From assembly GCA_003707115.1 (NCBI GenBank), contig PPNB01000006.1, positions 248,001 to 312,000 of the forward strand: a stretch of 64,000 nt of DNA, in the 5' to 3' direction. A program made the translations under genes and the position numbers. This DNA is from Tortispora ganteri. Taxonomy: Eukaryota. Under the pieces are notes generated by a model that saw only the letters and a program-made list of their open reading frames with translations, was not told the origin of the DNA and did not search any database. Positions 41,725-50,158 of this stretch are shown here, piece after piece; position 1 is the first letter of the stretch, and the number at the start of each line of letters is the position of its first letter.

Positions 41725-42012
41725 TTTTATTGATGTTGAGATATCAGTTAGCAAATTAAAAGATTATGTTAAGTATGTAATGCAAGCTGTAAAAGATATA
41801 TCAAATATTGTTTTTGTTTGGTTGGAAACGATTGAGAATTCTTCAAAGTAGTATGATCGGAAAAAGCCGAAATGAATTACTGAAGTGATGCGAGTTAGAT
41901 GGTTTTGAAGAAAATTAAAACAGATAAATGCCAGATGCTAAAAAAATAAAATCAGTTCAAATTCGCTTTAAGTCTTAAAGAAGAGAGAAAAAAGAAGGAG
42001 GGAGGCGGAACC

Positions 42013-42159
42013 TTTATATAAGTTCTTGTGTATGAGGAGTTTGCCGCTTAAATGCTTAATTAGACTTATGACTCAAATACCGTACCTGTGACAGCCAGCC
42101 TGGATCTAGCGGACTTTAGCATTAATAGCCCGAATAAGAAATATTACATGAGTCATGTA
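42013..42159 (-). promoter_or_regulatory. TATA box plus Gcn4/AP-1 sites of the F-box gene promoter
   Basis: TATATAAA on the minus strand at 42013-42020, TGACTCA at 42069-42075, ATGAGTCAT at 42148-42156. Confidence 0.65.
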
Positions 42160-42962
42160 TGGATTTAGCATTTTCTATTGGATAAATACGTTTAGACTTG
42201 TTAGAGGTCTAGGGTAATAATAACCGAGGAAGAATTTTAAAGAATAAGGTTGGGGGAATGAGTCGCGGGGCGTATTTAAAATTTTATCTTCTCGGTCGAG
42301 ATCGCAAAGAATGGCTGAGAATTTCTAGCGGGGATATAGTACTGGACGAGTTATTTAGAGGGCAATTCGCGCATTATGTGGATGATGACTGCGTTACACA
42401 TGATTTTGATCCTATAAGGATGTAAACTGCGAATGCGATTATTGCAAAGTTCCGCGTACTGAAGTTTTAATGAGGTCAGATGAAGAGTAACCTCATGTCA
42501 CACGAGAAGCATTTTTTCATATAATGACCTAAAACAATAGAACTGTAATATTAAAATTCCGTTATGAGGATGACTCTGCGCCATTTCCGAGTGGGGTAAC
42601 AGCGACTCAAAAGTAAGACTTTATTCGGTCTTTAATTAGGTTATACGGACAATTAAGTTACTTGAGAATGGCGGCATATTAAGGCTGTTCAACTGCCCGA
42701 TTTACTAGGCTATAAACCTTAGGTCCTTTCAGAAACGTAATGTATACGTTTTCATGTATATACATTTGTTCAATGATTCAGCAATTGAAATAGTTTATGT
42801 TGGATTCATTATTCGCTATTGCCAAATCGATCGCGGTGACCAGTAGTGTATTGTTTTCCATTTTTATCGAGGTTTACACGAGATGAGGAGTGCCAAGAAC
42901 GAGCCACATTAGTGCCCGTTGAAAGGCCGAGGAATATTATCATTAAGATATTAGAACACCTT

Positions 42963-44336
42963 TTAAATTCCCGCATTGTGTTTAGTAGCTTCTAGAGCCT
43001 CCAAGGCTGTATGCGGAGAACTCTTGAATGTTATGAACAATCCTTGCAATTCTGCAGTTGACAGCGGTCGACCTAGATTTGTCGCAATGTCGACCAGTCT
43101 GTCCGAAAGTTGCTGTGTCGCAAGATCGCCGTAGAATCGCGCAAACATCTTGCGCATCTGGTAGGGTGAAGCATAGTTGATTAGTTTCTGCACATCGACT
43201 CGTCCAGGTCGTACGAGTGCCGGATCTAATCGCTCAGGGTGATTAGTTGTCATAAAAATAATACGTTCTTCGCTGGAAGTTACCCCGTCAAGCGCATTGA
43301 GCAAACCCGAAAAGGTCACGCCAGAAACGTATCCTTGATCCGTAGACTGAGCTCGCTGCGAAAAAGCCGCGTCCACATCTTCTAAAAGCAGCACTGACCT
43401 TTCAGGTATATGATTCATTAAATGGTTTAGTCTGTCATCCGTCAGATGCGCTTCTGACAGGTTTAGTATGCAGATATTATAATCCAGATGTCCAGCCAGT
43501 GCTTGGATAAATGAAGATTTTCCGCTACCCGGAGGCCCATACAGCAGGTAACCGCGTCGGTAGGGAATACCTCTGTCGTAGTACCATTTTCCGTTATCCA
43601 AAAACTCTTCTATGTCACTTATGAGACTTTCTGCGACTGTTTCATCCAGAACGACGCTTTCGATCGGCCTCCGTCGCCGAGGTTGTCCGAACGGCCGCCA
43701 TTCCGGCCCATAAGATGTGAATAGCACAGTTTTGCCTTCCTGCTTCTGCACGGCAATCTCTCGTGCCTCGTTCAATATATCTTCGAACAAATGGCGGTCC
43801 TTATACAATGTCTTGAGTATTACGGTCTCGAACGGTGTGCCAGAGGTGAGATCCATAAGGCGACCTGATCGTTCGCGCGAGACTTGAATGAATGCACCCT
43901 TGTACCGTATGATGTGTCTACCCGGACCAGGTACAAGACTGAATGAGGTTGTTACTGATCCATTATCGTGCTGGCGATACTGTGTCTGAACCGCTAGGTG
44001 TCGTCTGCCGAAGAACCCACCGCGTTTTGCATTCTGCACATCGGCAACACTCTGCTTCGCCATCCAGTCCAGAAACCACATGTACGATTTATCCTTTGAA
44101 GGAATTTCTAGATCCACTAATAGCTGCTTATACAGCAAAGACGCTGTTTTTCGGCTCACTTGTCGCAGTGCAGCCAGGCCAACGCCAAGTCCCATTAACC
44201 CAAAACCAGCCGAGAAGTACGGGTTAGACGCAAATAGTTTCTCGACTAGCTCACTTGTACTCAGCCCTTTCACATTGCTACCTCCAGAGACTACAGTTTG
44301 AATGCCAGAAGCTAAACTTACCTCGTCTCCGGCCAT
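42963..44336 (-). CDS. BCS1: Mitochondrial AAA chaperone Bcs1
   Basis: [85 protein letters not shown]. Confidence 0.97.
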   Translation of the reverse strand: MAGDEVSLASGIQTVVSGGSNVKGLSTSELVEKLFASNPYFSAGFGLMGLGVGLAALRQVSRKTASLLYKQLLVDLEIPSKDKSYMWFLDWMAKQSVADVQNAKRGGFFGRRHLAVQTQYRQHDNGSVTTSFSLVPGPGRHIIRYKGAFIQVSRERSGRLMDLTSGTPFETVILKTLYKDRHLFEDILNEAREIAVQKQEGKTVLFTSYGPEWRPFGQPRRRRPIESVVLDETVAESLISDIEEFLDNGKWYYDRGIPYRRGYLLYGPPGSGKSSFIQALAGHLDYNICILNLSEAHLTDDRLNHLMNHIPERSVLLLEDVDAAFSQRAQSTDQGYVSGVTFSGLLNALDGVTSSEERIIFMTTNHPERLDPALVRPGRVDVQKLINYASPYQMRKMFARFYGDLATQQLSDRLVDIATNLGRPLSTAELQGLFITFKSSPHTALEALEATKHNAGI

Positions 44337-44467
44337 AATCAAAGGTCTACGTCGAAATCTCCATACTATACATGGTGCACAGTGCACAACATGAAAGTTT
44401 GGGTGGTACAGTTGTCTTGACAACACACCCTCAACCCTCAATACACGCTATTCGTATGAACTGAAGA

Positions 44468-44512
44468 ACGCGTATATAACCCCAGTAACAACATAGTTTA
44501 CTACTAACGCGA
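44468..44512. promoter_or_regulatory. MCB elements upstream of PRI2
   Basis: ACGCGT at 44468-44473 and ACGCGA at 44507-44512, within 80 bp of the PRI2 ATG. Confidence 0.6.
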
Positions 44513-44546
44513 TCTGTACGATCTTAATTTAACCTCTTCTACCAAC

Positions 44547-46295
44547 ATGTTCAAGCAGGTGTCAACTCCGCTTTCTGACAAGCGCCGTATGGTGCTTAAA
44601 GAAAGACGTAATTTTGCTACGCCAAAGTTCGAGAAGGTTCAGTACGCGCACAGACTCAACATGTACGATCAAATTCCTACCGAGGAGATAACCACAGACG
44701 AATTCGAACAATGGGCACTAGATCGCCTCCAGGTACTTGTAGCTATTGAAGGGTTTACTAATGGCCGATCTATGACAAAGTCGGAAATGGAAACTGTTCT
44801 TAAGCAGGCATTAGATGAGTACCTGCCTATGTCTCTAACATCCAATACGGCAAAACAATCTAAAACGCAGAAAGAACGCCAAAAAGATCATTATTCTCAT
44901 TATATACTTCGATTAGCATTTTGTCGATCTAAAGAACTTATTACAAGGTTTGTTAGAGCTGAAACTACCCTTTTCAAAATGCGCTTCGACTTGGAGGAAC
45001 GAGCCGAAAAGTCAGCCTTTGTTCGCGATATGAAGTTCGGTTGGGAAGCAGTAGACAGTGAAGAAAAAAGTCGTATACAGCCATACCTCGAAGCTGTCTC
45101 GGGAAACACAGCTCATGAGACTTTCTATAAGATAGAATTTGAGAAAGTTTTAGACCTGGTTGCCACTAGACGCGTCTACCTAGAGAATGGTACAGGATAT
45201 GTTCCGGAGTCACTGCAATCATCTATTGCCGCGGAAGAGTTCTCAAAGCGCCTTGAATTTGCTATGAACATTACAGCGCGCCTCCGCAAAGCTGCAGACC
45301 AAGATAGTAGACTTGAACCAGTCCTAAAGCATATTTCAGCCGGATACAACGCTATTCGCGCTGCTAATGCTTCTCGAACGTCGGCAGTTGAAGGCGACCT
45401 CACTGCTGAAAGTGTCGAAGAGCTAAAGGATAATTTTCCGCTTTGCATGAGTCAGATTCTATCTCATATACGAACCAGAAAACACCTCAAATATGACGGG
45501 CGTATCCAGTTCAATCGTTTCATTAAAGGCATGGGCTTACCGGTTCACGAAGCACTAGAATTCTGGCAAAAGGCTTTCTCCACAATCACTGAAGAGCGGT
45601 TTAACAAAGACTACAAGTATAATTTCCGCCACGATTACGGTGATGTGGGTGGCCGCATCAACTTCCATCCAATGAGCTGTGTTGACATTCTAAGGCTGCC
45701 ACCGCCGGGGAAAGACCAATCGCATGGGTGTCCTTACAGAGATATGCCTCCTGATATTTTAAAGATGGCTCTAAAATCTATGGGCGTTCAAGATACAGCT
45801 ACTTTGAACTCTGTGCAAAAGTCAGTTGAAGAGAAAAAATACAACTTTGCATGTGCGACAGTTTATAGAAATATTCACGAGGGTGCTTTAGCGGATGCGC
45901 TGCAAGAGAACAAACTAGGGCAACGAGAAATTAGCCGTTTTAACCCTGAAGTCATTATGCACCCAAACGAGTATTTTGATCTCAGTTACCAGACCTCTAA
46001 ACTGCATTTAAGGGAACCAAGAGAAACCACAATAGACGGTAACGTCACTTTGAATATGTCTACACCTGCACATCAAGTTTCTAGTTCTATTGCTACCACT
46101 GGAATCCCAGCCACAATAGACAATGTGACTCCAAAACACGAATCTCAGTCTACAGAACAGGCTAACTTATCTGGAATTGATGACTTGTGGGACAGTGACA
46201 TTGATAACTTTTCTGAGGACGATTCATACAAATATATCTCAACCAAGAAAGAAGAGGAAATCAACAATCAGCCAGTCGTTTCTGGAACTGCTTGA
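44547..46295 (+). CDS. PRI2: DNA primase large subunit
   Basis: EFEQWALDRLQVL, KDHYSHYILRLAFCRS. Fe-S Cys in FPLCM, PMSC, HGCPY and FAC. HPNEYF. Confidence 0.96.
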   Translation: MFKQVSTPLSDKRRMVLKERRNFATPKFEKVQYAHRLNMYDQIPTEEITTDEFEQWALDRLQVLVAIEGFTNGRSMTKSEMETVLKQALDEYLPMSLTSNTAKQSKTQKERQKDHYSHYILRLAFCRSKELITRFVRAETTLFKMRFDLEERAEKSAFVRDMKFGWEAVDSEEKSRIQPYLEAVSGNTAHETFYKIEFEKVLDLVATRRVYLENGTGYVPESLQSSIAAEEFSKRLEFAMNITARLRKAADQDSRLEPVLKHISAGYNAIRAANASRTSAVEGDLTAESVEELKDNFPLCMSQILSHIRTRKHLKYDGRIQFNRFIKGMGLPVHEALEFWQKAFSTITEERFNKDYKYNFRHDYGDVGGRINFHPMSCVDILRLPPPGKDQSHGCPYRDMPPDILKMALKSMGVQDTATLNSVQKSVEEKKYNFACATVYRNIHEGALADALQENKLGQREISRFNPEVIMHPNEYFDLSYQTSKLHLREPRETTIDGNVTLNMSTPAHQVSSSIATTGIPATIDNVTPKHESQSTEQANLSGIDDLWDSDIDNFSEDDSYKYISTKKEEEINNQPVVSGTA

Positions 46296-46469
46296 AATCG
46301 TCTTACACTTTCAATTTAATTTCATGGAATGTTCCAAGAATTGTATTATCTTTACGGTCATAAATTGATGGTTAGAATCGAAGCGTTTTAGAACAGAATC
46401 ACCCTAGGCTTAGAAGAACGTAAATCACCTGAAATTTATTGCCAGACTATCACTGATCTCTTAAATCAG

Positions 46470-49118
46470 TTAATATCCATGCTTCTTTAACCACTCTTTT
46501 ACAGATTTCTCATCACGAGATATCCACTGTGCATTAGCCTTGCAACGGTCAAGACTTTGACCTAAAGAGCGCGCATAACTTGTAGTGTCTTTATCTGCAA
46601 AGAATAACTCTATGTCTTTAATGGTGTCCAGGTCCGTAAACTTGTTTAATGTAACTTTCACAAATCGATCCAAAACAATTCCTGAAAATCTGTCAGTAAT
46701 TTCAGACCAATGCTCCTTGATAAAAGACCATAACGATCCAACAATCGCTGGATTGGATGCCAGAGTAGAAGAAAGATAGTGTATATCTTGCACTGCAATC
46801 TGAGAAGACAGAAGTAGAGCCTTAGCCTTCTCAATTAGTTTAGGAGCAGTAACTCGGCCCAGTGCAACCAGGGCAATCTCTCGAGCATCAATAGAAGATG
46901 AATTAGATTGTTCTTTCATGATAGACTCGAAAATTTCAGTGTCGTCATCAGTGGCATTAGTAAGAACGGTGGACCAAATTGCCTGGCGCAAACTGGGCTT
47001 AATTCCATCAGAAGGCCCTTTAAGTAGTTCACGGGCTTTAGAGATGACCGATTCGTGCCCTAACATACCGGCACGGCAAATTATAAGAGCGCGAAGACGG
47101 CCAGTCAGAAAGCTTTCGCCTTCTTCAGAGTCCCACCCGAGCTTCTCCATAGAGGGAGACACAAGAGACAACCAAAACTTTGAGAAAGATTTGTGCAGTT
47201 CAGCAGATGAATAGAACGCAGTAGAAAATTCAGAAAGACTGAATTCCAATAAAGACCAAACCGAAAAAGATGTTTCAGCTTTCGCTCCTTCAACGAAAGA
47301 AAGGTAAGCAGTAGTAGGGGCAATACCAGCAGAAGCCAAGGCAAAGGCGTCACCGACCAAACCAATTCGGTCCGAAGCAGATAATTCGGACTGCTGTGTT
47401 GCCAATTTGACCAAACGGGATTCAGGATAGTTAACACGGTAAACACCAGTCTGACCAAAGTTAAGCTTATAAAACTCGGGGTCAATTCCCGTGATAGTGG
47501 CAGACCTGGAAAGAAGGACTTGAGATTCAGGTGCAATTCTGGCAGATTCAGTTGATTTTATGCTCAAAGGAATCCACCAAACAGTTTCATCTTCTTCAGC
47601 AGTGGCATCTCCAGATGCGAGGAAGCGGTGTTGTTCAATAGTGATTTCAGACCCGTGCTCCTTCACAGTAACATAAGGGTAACCAATTTTGCCAATCCAA
47701 GAGTTCATGAGAGTATTAACATCCGTGTCTGAGACCTCAGAAAGAGAAGTCCACAAGTCTTTAGTTGTGGCATTAGAGTAAGAGAATTTCTTCAGATAGG
47801 CTGATACACCAGCCAAGAAAGTTTCAATACTTAAGTGATTTGCAATCATACGGATAGTAGAAGAGCCTTTCAAATATGAGATATGGTCAAATACTTGATC
47901 AATATCTTTAGCAGATTTAACAAGTACTTCAATAGGATGAGACTGTCTAAGAGAGTCAAGGGAGAGAGCGCTTTGGAAGGCATCGGCAGTGAAGTTAGTG
48001 AATACTTCCCATTCAGGATTGAGATATTCGATTGCTTTCCAGCCAATGAATGTAGCGAAACCTTCATTAAGCCAGAGTTCATTCCACCAATTCATAGTAA
48101 CTAGATTACCAAACCATTGATGAGCAATTTCGTGTGCGACGACGTAAGAAACAACTGATTTGTAGCGTTCATCTGAAGTTTTCGGGTCGAATAGCAAGGT
48201 AGTAGTGCGATAAGTGAGCAATCCCCAATTTTCCATAGCACCATGAGAAAACTCGTGTACGGCAACAAGATCAAGTTTCGGAATCATGTAGTCTATACCG
48301 AAGATTTCTGAGAAATAGTCTACGATTCGTGGAGCATATGAGAGAGCGAACTCAGCTTGGTGGACCAGGCCGCGAGTAGTGTAAACACGAACCGGTAAAG
48401 GCTTACCGTTATAAGATCTCTTGGTAAAGCCCTCAATGTACTCAAGATCTCCAATGACCCAACCAAGAAGGTACGTGCTCATTTTAGGAGTTCGCTCGAA
48501 AGTGACTACTTTTGTGCGAACACCGTCGAGAGCTTTTTTGTCCGAAATACCTTTCTTTTTTCCATCTTCTGGAGCCTTTGAGGAGAGAATAGGCATATTA
48601 GAAATAGCGGTGAGATTTTCAGGTACGACTAGAGATACCGAAAAAGTGGCCTTAAGTGCTGGTTCATCGAAGCAAGGTAAAGCAGCTCTGGCATCAGTAG
48701 CTTCAAATTGCGTAGAGATCATAGAGGTAGGCTTGCCGGTAGATGCTTCAGTGTAGAGCGATCTATAAAAGCCAGTCATATCCGTATTGATTTTTCCTTG
48801 ATATTCTAAGGAAAGAGTGGCAGCCGATACATGAGAAGGGAGCTTCTCAGGGAGTGAAATGATGGCGATCTCCTTGTCGGTATTTAAATCGACAGTTGCG
48901 TCGACAGTGCAGACAGTCTTGTTAAACTCATAAGATAATTTAACTTTCGATATAGTCAAATTTTTAGCGTTAAGAACGATTTTCTCGGAGGGTTCGTTAA
49001 CAATTAATTGAATGTCTACTGCACCCTCAAAAGTGGTGTTATCTAGTTCTATTGCCCACAAGTGCAGATCGTAGTGCACAGGAGTGACGTTTTTAGGCAG
49101 GTTATCAATAGTAACCAT
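46470..49118 (-). CDS. M1 family aminopeptidase (Ape2/Aap1-like)
   Basis: TQFEATDARAALPCFDEP, GAMENWGL, HEIAHQWFGNLVT...LNEGFA zinc motif, ERAP1-like C-terminal domain. Confidence 0.95.
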   Translation of the reverse strand: MVTIDNLPKNVTPVHYDLHLWAIELDNTTFEGAVDIQLIVNEPSEKIVLNAKNLTISKVKLSYEFNKTVCTVDATVDLNTDKEIAIISLPEKLPSHVSAATLSLEYQGKINTDMTGFYRSLYTEASTGKPTSMISTQFEATDARAALPCFDEPALKATFSVSLVVPENLTAISNMPILSSKAPEDGKKKGISDKKALDGVRTKVVTFERTPKMSTYLLGWVIGDLEYIEGFTKRSYNGKPLPVRVYTTRGLVHQAEFALSYAPRIVDYFSEIFGIDYMIPKLDLVAVHEFSHGAMENWGLLTYRTTTLLFDPKTSDERYKSVVSYVVAHEIAHQWFGNLVTMNWWNELWLNEGFATFIGWKAIEYLNPEWEVFTNFTADAFQSALSLDSLRQSHPIEVLVKSAKDIDQVFDHISYLKGSSTIRMIANHLSIETFLAGVSAYLKKFSYSNATTKDLWTSLSEVSDTDVNTLMNSWIGKIGYPYVTVKEHGSEITIEQHRFLASGDATAEEDETVWWIPLSIKSTESARIAPESQVLLSRSATITGIDPEFYKLNFGQTGVYRVNYPESRLVKLATQQSELSASDRIGLVGDAFALASAGIAPTTAYLSFVEGAKAETSFSVWSLLEFSLSEFSTAFYSSAELHKSFSKFWLSLVSPSMEKLGWDSEEGESFLTGRLRALIICRAGMLGHESVISKARELLKGPSDGIKPSLRQAIWSTVLTNATDDDTEIFESIMKEQSNSSSIDAREIALVALGRVTAPKLIEKAKALLLSSQIAVQDIHYLSSTLASNPAIVGSLWSFIKEHWSEITDRFSGIVLDRFVKVTLNKFTDLDTIKDIELFFADKDTTSYARSLGQSLDRCKANAQWISRDEKSVKEWLKKHGY

Positions 49119-49373
49119 AGTGAGCGATTAGCTTATAGATGTTAAAACAGCCTAAAATAAAAGACAACTGCACTAAGATGAGTTAATTTAGAGCGATTTC
49201 GGGTAGATAGGTGATATATATAGTCAAGTGTGTATAAATGGCGGCCACCAGAAAAGGTAACAGCCATTTACATAGGGATTCGTTAAAACTTTAATTAGAG
49301 TTTTTTTTAGTTCTTAACATAACTATTACTTCGAGGGTTGTTGTTATGCAAGTGTAGGGTTTGTGCAATTACA

Positions 49374-49381
49374 TGTGACTG
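49374..49381. promoter_or_regulatory. Homol-D box upstream of RPL35
   Basis: TGTGACTG (reverse complement CAGTCACA), about 90 bp upstream of a ribosomal protein ATG. Confidence 0.65.
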
Positions 49382-49468
49382 TGAAGTTTAGTCCCAAGCG
49401 CAAAGCACGCAAGTAGGGAAACAGTCCTAATTCACATTACTGTCTCACACATTTAACGATATTCAAAT

Positions 49469-49837
49469 ATGGTCAAAGCTTTTGAATTAAGAACTAAATC
49501 CGTTGAGGAGCTACAAGCTCAACTTGTTGAGTTGAAGGGAGATCTTCAAAAATACCGCATGCAAAAGGCCAGCAACACTGGATCTCGTCTTGCTCAAATT
49601 GGTGTTGTAAGAAAGGATATTGCTCGCGTTCTTACTGTTATTAACCAACAACAACGTGCAAAGGCCCGTGAACAATACAGCAAGGTCAAAAAGAACCGCG
49701 TTCCTCTGGATCTTAGAGCCAAGAAAACTCGTGCTCTCCGTCGTGCTCTTACCGACTTTGAGAAGTCTCGCAAGACCGAGAAGCAGCGCAAGAAAGACGT
49801 TAACTTCCCTCAGCGCAAGTATGCCATTAAGGCTTAA
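49469..49837 (+). CDS. RPL35: 60S ribosomal protein L35 (uL29)
   Basis: VKAFELRTKS...VRKDIARVLTVI...PLDLRAKKTRALRRALT...FPQRKYAIKA. Confidence 0.98.
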   Translation: MVKAFELRTKSVEELQAQLVELKGDLQKYRMQKASNTGSRLAQIGVVRKDIARVLTVINQQQRAKAREQYSKVKKNRVPLDLRAKKTRALRRALTDFEKSRKTEKQRKKDVNFPQRKYAIKA

Positions 49838-50158
49838 ATGTGATTGACGATTTTTTTTTATCCTCTCTACTAAAAATGGGTAAAATCTCCACAAACACAC
49901 CAAAGAAGGCCCCTAAATGATATGTGTTTTTCTTTGGGTTGTTAATCGCTTTTTGTTATGATCCACTCCTCTTACAATACCTTTTCTCCTCCTTACTATT
50001 ATTTTGCGTAATCGGATATGGAGCGCCTTGCAAGTCTTTTCATTCTGTGCTTTATGCTTAGGTTATGCAAAATAAAATTATTTTAAAAATATTCGTTTGA
50101 AACTGCACTGTTTCTAACTTCAAGTTCGTAGTCCTTATTTACAGGTAAAAAATGTCTT

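Noticed and set aside
44250..44321. GTAAGT donor-like site five codons into BCS1 (minus strand)
   Set aside because: No convincing CTAAC/CTGAC branch point with a matching acceptor before the conserved SNPYF segment. The frame is open and gives a normal-length N-terminus.
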